The notes below the pieces were generated by a model. That model was not told the origin of the DNA, did not search any database, and saw only the letters and a list, made by a program, of their open reading frames with translations. From Octopus sinensis (Eukaryota), in NCBI RefSeq assembly GCF_006345805.1, contig NC_043002.1, positions 50,902,001-50,966,000 of the forward strand: a stretch of DNA of 64,000 nucleotides. The letters are read 5' to 3'. How positions within the stretch are numbered: position 1 is the first letter of the stretch; every line of letters begins with the position of its first letter. Below, piece by piece: positions 1-12,025 of this stretch. The translations under genes and the position numbers were made by a program.

Positions 1-566
1 TAAACACTTTAAGTTACGTAGCTAGGCGTTCATCAAAGGCATCCTTGTTACAATCCATAGAAAGAATCGTTCCTGAAAGCCATTAATCCAACAATTTGTA
101 GATCAATTTAACAATATATCCAGCCAGCCACCCTGCTAGCCAACAATCATTCTATCCAGCCATCCATCAAATCAATCGTTCATCGACCTAGACGTACATC
201 AGAACATCCAATAAACAGACAGCAGATAAATCAACAATAAAAACACACATACGAACAGGAAGAGAGAGAGAGAGAGAGGGGGGAAGAGAGAGAGAGAGAA
301 AGAGAGAGAGATTGAGAGAGAGAGAGAGAAATACATACACACATGGACATACACACACAAGGACATACATACTTCTGATTAAATTCAAAGCGCTCACCAT
401 GCGTATGTGTGAGTGTGTGTGTTTGTGTGTGTGTGTGTGTGAATATGTACGCGCTCACATGTGCATGTGTGTATGTATATGCACATACATGTTTATATTC
501 CTATGTATACACCCCTCACATATATATGTATATATAGGTAGGTGTATGTACATATGTATATATGTA

Positions 567-603
<37 letters not shown>

Positions 604-708
604 AGAGAGAGAGAGAGAGAGAGAGATGTATATATGTTTGTGTGTGTTCGTATGTGTTTACAGATATTTCTTCTTATATGTACATACATAAATATGATAT
701 ATATGATA

Positions 709-801
<93 letters not shown>

Positions 802-1055
802 CATATCATTTATATATATATGTATATATATACATATCCCTATAACACGAGCGCACACCATTGATTTTTACGAAGATTGTGGTCTCATTGAAGAATGCTC
901 TCGTTGACCACTAATTACGGAGACGACAGATCAAATTTGTCACTACACTTTACGTTGGCTCTCATCTCATGTATGATCTTGGATCAGTTAATGAAGATTA
1001 ATTTAACGCTGCAAATGTAAGCATGATAATTAATGCTGATCAGTTATTGTTGTTG

Positions 1056-1157
<102 letters not shown>

Positions 1158-1365
1158 GTGGTGGTGTGGTGGTGTGGTGGTGGTGGTGGTTGTGGTGATG
1201 GTGGTGGTGGTGCATCGGTGTTTATTGTTATCATTTGGCATGTCTTGATAAACAGGATAATTTCAATGCAGAAAATCTTACGCCGCTGAGAAGATAGAGG
1301 CGTCTCTGTTGTGTAATACATATACATACATACATACATACATACATACATACATACATACATCA

Positions 1366-1582
1366 TAGGAGAGGGTGCTGTAAAATTCTTGGCCTTAAGG
1401 GTTTTACAATAGGCCTAGTTGGAGGCCTTAGATTTCCAGTTCTTTTATAGTGCTTACAAAAACTGAAGAACCGTTGGAATAAGTATGTGAATCTGAGAGA
1501 GGAATATGTTTAATAAAACCATGATTAACTGACCCTTCTGTATTTTCTTTTACCCAAAGCGAGGAACTTTTCAGAAACTCCA
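1366..1582 (+). mobile_element. Mariner-derived MITE (family M, copy 1)
   Basis: Degenerate TIRs (gagggtgctgtaaaattcttggcctt ... aaagcgaggaacttttcagaaactcc); interior retains a mariner transposase C-terminal remnant; homologous to 45558, 51073 and 52686 copies. Confidence 0.75.
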
Positions 1583-1658
1583 TGGGTTTTGCAGTAAATC
1601 ACTAAATCATCCATAACTTTTTTATTATCCTCACAAATTACACCAAAATCTCAGACAA

Positions 1659-2041
1659 TCTCTCTCTATATAAACGGCAGTTTGTCTGTCTGCGTGTCTG
1701 TGTGTCTGTTAGGTTGTACCATCACCCTGACCACGGCTTTCAACCGATTCTGATGAAACTTGACACACACATAGCCCAATGTCATAATTCAAAACTAACG
1801 CAGCGAAAAGTTTGAAAAGTTCCCCCAGTTCTGAAAAAATCGATAAATTCGACATGGGGTCGAGAATCAGAAACACAAACTACAGACTGTCTAGGGGACG
1901 CAACTCGACCTTTTTAACTCTAAAAAAAAATTTACCATCATTTTTTTTCCATTTTTTTTCTATTTTTTGGCTATAACTCTCTAAAAATGCTTTATAGTTA
2001 TTTCCCTTACAAACCCGAGCAACGCCGGGCGATACTGCTAG
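1659..2041 (+). mobile_element. Non-autonomous Helitron
   Basis: 5' TC at 1659 preceded by A; 3' CTAG at 2038-2041 followed by T (A|T target); subterminal hairpin CCCG-A-GC-AAC-GC-CGGG at 2014-2029; internal (GTCT)-type repeat. Confidence 0.8.
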
Positions 2042-2687
2042 TAACAAATAATATCGTATTTATTGTCTGTGAAAATTATAGAATATAAAACAACTTTGAT
2101 AAAAACTTATACCTACTTTTCTGACGAAAACAGTGCCGTTCTGAACATTTTGGCCGCAACTGTACATACATGCATACATACATGCATACATACATACATA
2201 CATACATACATGCATACATGCATGCATAAATACATACATAAACACATGTACAAATCTCTCACACACATAAAATCATATTATGCGATTTAACTTTTAATTG
2301 AACGATTAATAACCAATGTTCATAACTCAAAGTGTATTGCAGTATATCTAAGAAGAAACAGGAAGGAGGTCTCATGTTATAGTCCGAGTTTCGTTTGGAT
2401 GGATTCAAGAGATTTGAATAGATCGCATGATACTTATAGAAGGCAAAGTTTTGCCTTATATAGACGTGTATGGGTGTATGTGTCTGTGTGAGTATGTGAG
2501 TGTATGTGTGTGCATGTCCTTTTATCTCTAGTCAATATATCAGTCGTTTTCCTGAATGGTAATTCTCCTTTTCGTGTGGTGGGGACGTTCTCAAATTTCA
2601 TTTGGTATTCAGAATACATCCTGTAGAAGAGGAGTTAATTCAAAATATCAAGAAATTGTGTTGTATGGCATTTGATACTTTTGTATT

Positions 2688-2733
<46 letters not shown>

Positions 2734-3007
2734 TTCTCTGTATGTGTATACACGCGTGTGTGTGAGCGTCTGCGTAATTGCGTGCGTGTGTGAAGGCATG
2801 TGGTCGTTTCACACATATTTTACACTGTGAGTGATCAGTTGTCGTGAACAAGGGGATAAAGTTTTGCAGAAGTCTTTCCATATTTTGGTGATATTTGATT
2901 ATGTTTTAGAATTTTTCTGAGAGAGATAAATTTCTTAGCTGCAAACATTTGAGAGTAGATGATTACTCAAGTTATGTGCTTAAATATATATATATATATA
3001 TATATAT

Positions 3008-3186
3008 GCATTTCCTCTGTCTTCCCTTCTCAGGATCTTTCCTTCTCCTATGTTTCCGACGAAGAGCTCCGCTCAAAACGTTAGACCCTCCTTCTTCCCT
3101 TCTTTCCTGAGCGTCCAATAATACTATATTTGTTCCACGTCCTCGCGTTGTTGTGTTTTTTGGTGTTTTCTTGTTTGGATTAACTT

Positions 3187-3187
<1 letters not shown>
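3008..3187 (+). mobile_element. Solo 3' terminal repeat (pLTR-like) of a Penelope-like element, with degenerate hammerhead motif
   Basis: Homologous to 47145-47330 (opposite strand), the 3' end of the GIY-YIG element; motif gtttccgacgaagagctccgctcaaaacgttagac at 3052-3086; flanked by (TA)n on both sides. Confidence 0.7.
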
Positions 3188-3223
<36 letters not shown>

Positions 3224-3818
3224 GTGTGTGTGTGTATGTATGTATGTGTGTGTGTGTGTGTGTGTGTGTATAGCCCGCCTTCGCTGTATCACACTTAATG
3301 TATATACACTTCTGTAAGCCAATATACTGCAGTATTCGTCCTGAGATAACATCTGTTATAAACGTACTATGTTAAACAGACAAAAGATACCAGAAGAAGA
3401 TGAAAATAGCTCCTGCAACTGCAGAGAGAACGTCATGTATGTTTCGATCTTTTCGGGCAATTCAATTATGTTTGCTCGCATCAAGTCTTGTTCTTGGTTG
3501 AGAATTCATCTCTGAAATAGGTTAATGTGGAGTAGGTTGATGTTGCTTATAGCTGGCCGGCTGAATAAAAATCTGGTTTCGCAACTGAGGCAGTATTAAA
3601 TTAAAATAGTCTAATTAATGCATATATACCGTTGATAGGCCAAGTGTGTGTTTGCTTGAAAGTACGCACCACTGAAAGGGCTCCAACAAGCCGATATGCT
3701 ACTGGAGTGATTTGAATCTCCCTCCAATATTTACAGTGCTTTTAACACTTTATAAGATATGTTATCACAAGACGAGTACTGAAATAATTACACACGCAAA
3801 CACATTTTTGTCTGTATA

Positions 3819-3879
<61 letters not shown>

Positions 3880-3890
3880 TCTCACACACA

Positions 3891-5200
3891 CACGAGGGCT
3901 GTTAATTAAAAATTCCCCCCCGACCCACTTCCGGTTATTACAGAAAACGGAAGTTGTACAGGTATAATTATATATGTCTCTACATATCACATTGTAAATT
4001 GCATCTTTCCACTACTATTCGTTTGTCTTTTATAGCTGCTGAAATGGACTAAAGTGTTATAATGGAGGCAGTTGAATGCAGATCAGTAATTAGGTTCTTA
4101 TACTTGAAGGGTCGTACACCAAAAGAGACTTTCAATGAGAAGAAAGAAGTTAGTGGTGGCAATGCACCGTCATACGACGTAGTCAAGCACTGGCATTGCC
4201 ATTTCAAATGTAGTCGGACATTGGTGGAAACTGCTCCTAATCCTGGACGACCAGATTCCGCCATTAATGATGACACAATTCATAAAGTGGAAGCGGCCAT
4301 TTTGGAGGGTCACCGCATAACTATTCCACAACTAGCCAAAGAAATGAAGCTAAGTGTAGTGTCTATGGAAATAAATCATTCATGAACATTTGAACATGCA
4401 GAAATTGTCTGGATTTCTCGGATGCTCACACCTTTTCAGAAGCAGGAACGAGTCAATTGCTCCCAGGGTCTTTTGGCAATGTGTCAAGAAAATAAGGAGG
4501 ACCTTTTCGGCAGACTTATTGCATAGGATGAAACATGGGTCTATCACTATGATCCTGAGACTGAAGCCTAGTCGAAGGAATGGAAACATGATAACTCACC
4601 ACCTCCAAAGAAGGCTCGAGTCCAAACCACAGCAAGTAAAATTATGCTTTTTGGGACCAGCCTTTTTGGACAGTCTTTTCGGACCAGCTCGGAGTAGTGA
4701 TGATGGATTTTCTGGCAAAGGGTACTACAATTAACGGAGCATGCTTCTCTACTACAGGAAATTGCCGGACGCCATCAAAGCAGAGAGGTATGGCATGCCG
4801 ACCATAAGAGTCCGCCTCCTCCAAGACAATGCCCCAGTTCACAATGCGCATGTCACCCAGATGAAAGCACACTCCTGTAGCTATGCAATCCTTTCTCATC
4901 CTTCTTACAATCCAGACCTTGCCTTGTCTGACTTCCACCTCTTCCCAATTATGAAGTCTTTTCTTGAAGGAGAAGCTCATTTCGGATGATAATGAACTTA
5001 TATCTGTCGTTAAGTCTTGGCTCCACACGCACCTTACCAATTTCTACAGCTGAGGTCTTTACAGCTGCATAAAGCGATGGAAAAAGTGTGACATCATTGG
5101 TGGTGGCCATGTAGAGAATGACTAATAATTATATCAGGTTTCGTTTATCCCAGTCCTTGCAAAGTGGGTCAGGGGAAATCTTTAATGAACACTCTTCGTG
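3891..5200 (+). mobile_element. Near full-length mariner transposon with pseudogenised transposase
   Basis: TIRs cacgagggctgttaattaaaaattccccccgacccactt and the reverse complement of aagtgggtcaggggaaatctttaatgaacactcttcgtg; ~1.3 kb; ORF pieces with HTH (CRSVIRFLYLKG...GRP), DETW, QDNAPVH and HPSYNPDLALSDFHLF motifs broken by stops/frameshifts. Confidence 0.93.
4062..5115 (+). pseudogene. Mariner DDD transposase pseudogene
   Basis: Split across ORFs 4062-4385, 4390-4734 and 4741-4989 with in-frame stops. Confidence 0.9.
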
Positions 5201-5204
5201 TGTA

Positions 5205-5246
<42 letters not shown>

Positions 5247-7261
5247 CATACATATATTAAAGGGAGAGTGATAAAGAGAGAGAGAGAGAGAGGCAAAGAT
5301 TGTGAAAGAAGTATAAATATGAATCACACGTGTAGTTGTGTTTTACGCATGCAAATAAATTTCTAAATTATCATGAATCGATTTTTCTCCCTTCATACGA
5401 ATGATTGATGTCTGACAATCGAAACCTCTGTCTATTGGAATCGAGCCCATATCTGATGTATTAATTACAGCAATAGTTAGTCGTTAATTTATCCTCTAAT
5501 TACCTGAAAGCAATGCTTTGCATTGGGATCTTTTATTGACACGTCGTCCAAAATGGACTAGTTGTACTCGATGGTAGTTACATGGATACACGTATGTATG
5601 ATGGGTATTATATAAATGGTTTATAATCATGTATGTTTGTGTTCCGTGTGTGTGAATGAGAGAGATAAGGAGAGAGAGAAACAGAGAGCGCTTGAGAAAG
5701 AAACAGAAGGGAACAGAAGAAAGAGGAAGATCATTTGTCACATGTCATTGCCTCATTCAGGGAAATTTAAAATTGTTTGATTTACCATGTTGCCGAACCA
5801 ACATATATTCTACTCTATTCCACTCTCCCTCTGCCTGTCTCTACCTTAGCGTCACTCTCTGTCTGTCTCTGTCTCTCTCTCTCTCCCTCTCTCTCTCATT
5901 CACTCAATCTTTGCGGCTGATACGACAAACAGAAATTACATGTTTCTACATTTCTATAAATCACCTTATTTGATGGCTTAAAAGATGCGTGGACATGCTA
6001 AACGCATCCCGATACCGGTAGCATATTTTCCATGAAATGAGTTTTAAATGCATTAAAGCGTATTATGGTCTCAACTTTTCATATAGAACACGAAATGGTT
6101 TTTGAGACATTCATCATTTTTTAGGTGTGTTTTTCAAAGTGCATTTTTTTAGAGTGCGATTTAAAGTGCCTTCAAATGCGATAAATTCTGTATCACCAAG
6201 AATCCTCTCCGTATTCCCAGGTTACCGATATCTTTCTTGGTTGCACTTAGACCCATCAGAACTGTATGAATCAAACGTAGTTAGTTCCTTTTCACAGGGT
6301 GAAATCGTAGCAATAAAGTCCTCAATTATGTATGAGAATCTCTGATTCTTAAATGTTCTGCAATCGTTTTCATAATCCCTCTACTCCCCGACTTCAGTGA
6401 TCGTAGCGTGACATTAGAATTTAAGGCAATTGAAATGATGCTCTTAAATTACTATTACGCCTCATGCAAACAATTTTTGTCTTCCAGATTACGGCGTCTC
6501 CACTGCGTGCATAATTCTAAAACTTTCGAAGTTGCCACCCCTTTATGTTGACTAGACTTTATTTTCAGTCATTTTCAGGTTATGTTTTCCTCTCTCTTAA
6601 AGGAATTTTAATTAAGTGACTATTTGGACATAATTTTCTTTCGTCACTCCTCTATTTTTGTTAGCTATCATCAACAAAATATAGTGTTATGCAGGATATT
6701 TTCAACTTATTTAATAGTGTCCTAGCTGCGTTATACGAAGGTTACAGCGAATAAGTGTCCACAATGTAGAAAATTGAAATGGAACATCTTGCATAACTAT
6801 TTATCTATGACTTCAGCAATGGAAATACGGAAATATCTCCAATCGTGGCCAAAGTTTGAAGTATTTATTATTAAATCCAAATTATTATGCCCAAGTATAA
6901 TTCGATTCAAATATATTCAAGTTAGAGATATACTTGCCTAATAACTAAACCAATGGTTCAATTCTAATTCTCAAACCTATATTTCAAACATTTTTCCAAG
7001 TAATAATGTATTGCAAATAAAACATAATTTGGGGCATTTAATATAAACAATTCTAATTTTCAGACTTATGTTCCAAACTTTTGGCCACGACAGTAATACA
7101 AAACTAAACACTGTTTGACTGTATATATTAAAATAAAACCATAAAAGATTCACGCAATGGGAACTTAGTAGTACGGTTTGAGAAACAGCTAACGTCAAAG
7201 AGTGTTTGTCGTTCAGCATATAACTAGTAAACTTCCTCGTTTATCTTCAGCTACTATAGGA

Positions 7262-7425
7262 TTCTGGCCATGCAAAGGGTGCCACCTTGCATGGTTTAGT
7301 CGAATAAATGGACCCAAGGACTTATCCTTTCTAAGTTTAGTACTTCCTCTATCGGGACATTTACCGAACCATTAAGTTAAGGGAACACAAACAAACTACC
7401 GCTGTATGTTAAACGGTAGAGAGAA
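7262..7425 (-). mobile_element. Degraded SINE family A 3' fragment
   Basis: ggccatgc...gtcgaataaatggacccaaggacttat...ccgaaccattaagtt aligns by eye to family A copies at 41772 and 46216. Confidence 0.55.
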
Positions 7426-7640
7426 ACACACACACACATTTTATTTGCTAATTAAAGTTCGAAATCATGTTCTGGTAACAAAATATGATAAATGTTTATA
7501 TTTTCCATTCCCTTCGAAATTACCCCTAACCGTAGTTTGGATTTGGACTAGTCCTTCTAGCATGTTAGGTGTCCTGTCAAGGCACCTCTTATGTGTTTAA
7601 ATGTATACTAATTATATACATACATACGTACATACATACA

Positions 7641-7759
<119 letters not shown>

Positions 7760-7780
7760 GTGTATGTATATATACATATA

Positions 7781-9056
7781 TATTCTTTTATTCGTTTCAT
7801 CTATGCAGCTGTGGTCATGCTGGAGCACCACGTTGGTTTTGTCGATTTCCTCAGTCTGGAGTATTTCACATCACCACTCCTATATATGCCTTTGCCCCAG
7901 TTGTTGGCCCATTTGGTGTGTAATGGAGTTTCATTCCGCTGCTCTCATCTGCACCTCATATCGGGCTATTGGTTCATACGGTATTGTGGAGAAGTAGATG
8001 TTTAGTTCCTTTTTGAAGATATTTACTTCCACCTTATGCAGATTTCGTAATTTTTGTGGCAGGGCATTGAAGAGCTGTGGGCCTCTGAACCCGAGGCTAC
8101 TGTAGTACCTGAATTTGGATGGTGTGGACGGTACTTTTAGTACAATATAATGGCATCCAGTTCTGACATTTGTATGACACTCAATTCCAAATTACGTGCT
8201 AGCCATTCTAGATTTTTCCACATTTAGATTTATTACATACCTGTCACGCCTTCGCTCCAGGGAGTGAAGTTGCAGTTTTTTCAGTCTCTCGCTGTAGCTC
8301 ATCCGCTGCACTCTTTCAATATTTTTAGTGTAGTGGCGTTGGACTGCTTGGCAATATGTGGTTGATACAGCTAGGAACAGTCGTCTAGCCGACTGAGAAC
8401 AAAGGGCCAACATCACTTCTCGGTTTCTTGTCTTGAGAACAAACACAACTTTATTTCTTGGTTTCTTGTCTTGGGAAAAAGGTCAAAATTACCTCTTGGT
8501 TTCTTGTCTTGAAGGATCTTGCTATCAATCCTGCAAGCTGTCTGCATTTTGCTACTATCTTGGTAATGTGCATATGAAGTGATGCATCATTGCACATATT
8601 GATCCCCAAATCTTTCACTGTCTGTGACTCTGGCATTGCAGTGCCTTCGGGTCCTGCATATTCATGATTTGATAGAGAAGTGCTTGAAATTTTTCAGCAT
8701 TAAACCGCATGTTGTTTACTTTGGCCCACTTGCATATTGTATTCAGATCCCGCTGTAAGATTCCGACGTCATCTTGATTTTTTATTGCCTGTGATAATTT
8801 TGTATCATGGGTGTAGCTAGTGATTGTGACTGTCCGATTGATGATGGTCATGTCTAAGAGAGCTATTATGAACACTAATTGTTCTAGAACAGTTCCCTAG
8901 GAGACGCTACTTAGGATTTGAGTTTCCTCAGAAAGGGCATCATTGGCTACAACTGCCTGACTTCTGTCTTTAAGGAAATCATGCAGCCACTCTCCCAGTT
9001 TACCTGCAATACCAAAGTCTTGCAGCTTATGACATATCGTGCCATGATCTACCTTA
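7781..9056 (-). mobile_element. 5'-truncated CR1/L2-group LINE (RT C-terminal half and 3' UTR), decayed
   Basis: Minus-strand translation gives KVDHGTICHKL, SVS*GTVLEQLVFII (GVPQGTVLGP-like), YTHDT (YADDT-like), VKDLGI, LQLHSLERRRDRY and FRGPQLFNALPQKLRN; 3' end at 7781 abuts (TA)n. Confidence 0.88.
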
Positions 9057-9827
9057 CTTTGGATTGGCAAGAAAGTAATTTCGTTTTTCGCAAATAGAGA
9101 TACGATTTTTGAATGTCTTTTGTCAATGTTATGATCTTTTCTTTTGGCATTTGATAGCCGTTACTTTTAGTTTACTTTAGAAGCAAATTGACCGTACTTT
9201 GGTTTACAGCTGTTAGTTCAGTGTTAATTTTAATGTGGAGTGCAATTAACGAACATTGTCGCTATATTTTGCTTTTTGATTTCCATAGAGGCAAGAAAGC
9301 TGCTGAGGCTCACAAAGAGTTATGTGAAGTTTATGGTGTTGATTGCTTAAACGCACATATCAGATTACAAAAGTGTGTATTTTTTGAGTTGCTTCCAAGG
9401 AACCAAACGATCAATTCAGATGTTTACAGTCAACAACTAATGAAACTGGCGGAGGCAATCAAAGAAAAACGGCCAAGATTAGCAAATCTTAAAGGAATTG
9501 TGTTCCACCATGACAACGCTACATCCACCATATAGCCCTGACCATCCACAATTAACTTGGCACTTATTCCAAAGTTTGCAAAATTCTTTGAATATTAAAA
9601 CTTTCAATAACGATCATGACCCGAAATCGCGCCTAATTCAGTTTTTGGCTGATAAGGACCATAAATGATATGAGCGCGGAATCAGGAAGTTGCCAAAAAG
9701 ATAGCAAAAGATCATCAAACAAAATGGAAAGTAGATTATTGATTAAAGTTAATTCTTTGTATGAAGGAAAAATCATTTTTATTTTTACTTCACACTAAAA
9801 GACCGAAAATACTATTTGCCAACCCTA
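9057..9827 (+). mobile_element. Internally deleted mariner element
   Basis: TIRs tttggattggcaagaaagtaatttcg and the reverse complement of ccgaaaatactatttgccaacccta; transposase remnant RYILLFDFHRGKKAAEAHKELCEVYG...TINSDVYSQQL...VFHHDNA with the central part deleted; starts after TA 9055-9056. Confidence 0.88.
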
Positions 9828-9843
9828 TATATATACACATACA

Positions 9844-9883
<40 letters not shown>

Positions 9884-10379
9884 TAAGGAGAGACACAAAT
9901 AAGTGAGAAGAAAACAAAGGACCACTGATGCGGTCACAGGAGTGTGATGAAAGAACTCTGGCCGAAATAAGATTAAGATTAATGTAAAAAATAAATGTCA
10001 CTGAAGCAAAATAACACCAAATATATAGTGCGTGTGTTTTTATTGGCTAAACTGGCAATATGACCATTCCGAAATATAACAATATATATATATAGATATA
10101 GATATATACATATACATTTATTACATATATATATTCTCAAATGCATACAAATATTTATATTTTGAAAACTGCATGGATGAATAAGATATGTGTTTGTATA
10201 CTCATGAAATGAATGTGATGTGTAAATCATACCCGAGACATACGCACGCACACACGCACGCACACACACACACACACACACACCACACACACACACACAC
10301 GGAAACACTCATGTCCATATATAAGTATAGATATGCGTGTGCGCGTATGTGTTTGCGTAAGTGTGTGTGTATATATATG

Positions 10380-10441
<62 letters not shown>

Positions 10442-11568
10442 ATATGTATATACGTAAGTCTGTCTGTATGGTGTGTATTTATATACATGTGCATATGGAT
10501 GAATGTGAATGGATATGCTCATTTCACGCATATACATATATCCTCATATCTATACGTGTTATACATATATAAATTTCTGATTTCGAACGAATATAAATAC
10601 ATATGTGTCTTCAAGTTTTTCAAGCATGACTAGATCCGGAATTTTAACGAACTTTCTTAGAAACATAGAGAATGCAAAACTGCGTAGAAAAAAAGAAAAT
10701 AACGCAAAATGGCGAATCAAGATTTGTATGCAAACTGCTACCTTGTTACCATCAATGTCACTTTTGTTATACAAAGTGAATAGCGGAGGAGTGAATTGAA
10801 CCAGGGAAGCATTCATCGATGTAAACATGCCAAAGTGTTGGTTTCACTTCTGTATTTTCTTCCGTCTGTATTTCTTTTGTTCCTCCTCCTCACACTCTCC
10901 CCTTCTCTCAAGCTCTTTCTGTCTGTCTGTTTCTCTTTCTCTCTCCCTCTCTCATTCTTTTTGACATTTTTTGTCATTTTTGCCACTATTTCTGTCTTCT
11001 CTCAATTTTCTTTTTCTCCTTCTTTTCTTCATTTACATTTCATTCACTGTTTCCATTTCTTACTTTTCACCTTCTTTTTCGCTCCTATCTCTTCCTCTTT
11101 CCCTTATTTTGTCCCTTCTGTCAGGTTCTTTTTTTCGACATTTTCTTTTTTTCATCTCTCTCTCTCTGTACCGCTCTCACTCCTTTTCTCTGTCCCTCTC
11201 TCCCTTTCCCTTTCTCTGTCTCCATCTCTCTTTCTCTCTATTCATCTCTGTCTCTATCGCTATCTCTATGGCTCCTTGTTATTTTTCATTTTACTTGTTC
11301 TTTTACAGCATTTTATTCTTGAAATCATTTTCATTTATTCTTCTCCCTCCATTCTTTAATCTCTCTCCAATAATATTAAACCGCCTCTCTATCTGTCTGT
11401 CTGTCTGGCTCTCTATCTCACTGACTTTCTCTCTCTCTTTCGGTCTCTTTTCCATAGAGAGGTGTCTGCATGCGTGTGTTATTGTGTGTATATCTACACA
11501 GGCATGCACAAAGACATACATATGCATCTATCAATCTTTTTGTCTTTCTATCTCTCTCTACCTCTCTA

Positions 11569-11727
<159 letters not shown>

Positions 11728-12025
11728 ATGTATGCATATCACAGTATGCGTTTGCGTAGTATGTACATATCTGTGTGTGCGTGTACTTTTACTTCTTTTT
11801 ACTTAGAAGGTGGGACCTAGCTCTTGCCATCGTTGGATTTAGGATAATGATAACAGTAGTTTTTAGATATCAAGCTTGAAGAATGTCTTGCATAGTCTTA
11901 CTGTTCCACTTATAGATTGTGTCTTCAAATATCGTATTGACCACTTCTTTCTATGCAGGAAAATCTTAGCTTTTCCAGATTGTGACTTAGAGATTTACTA
12001 ACATATTTAGGTGCACCACTGATTA

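Noticed and set aside
2434-2632. Possible minus-strand exon (acceptor-like ctcctcttctacag, then MYSEYQMKFENVP...)
   Set aside because: No recognisable domain, runs into CA repeats, no partner exon; needs RNA-seq
3374-3432. Possible short plus-strand exon (cag|ACAAAAG...GTCAT|gtatgt)
   Set aside because: Weak acceptor, no homology recognised, cannot be linked to other exons
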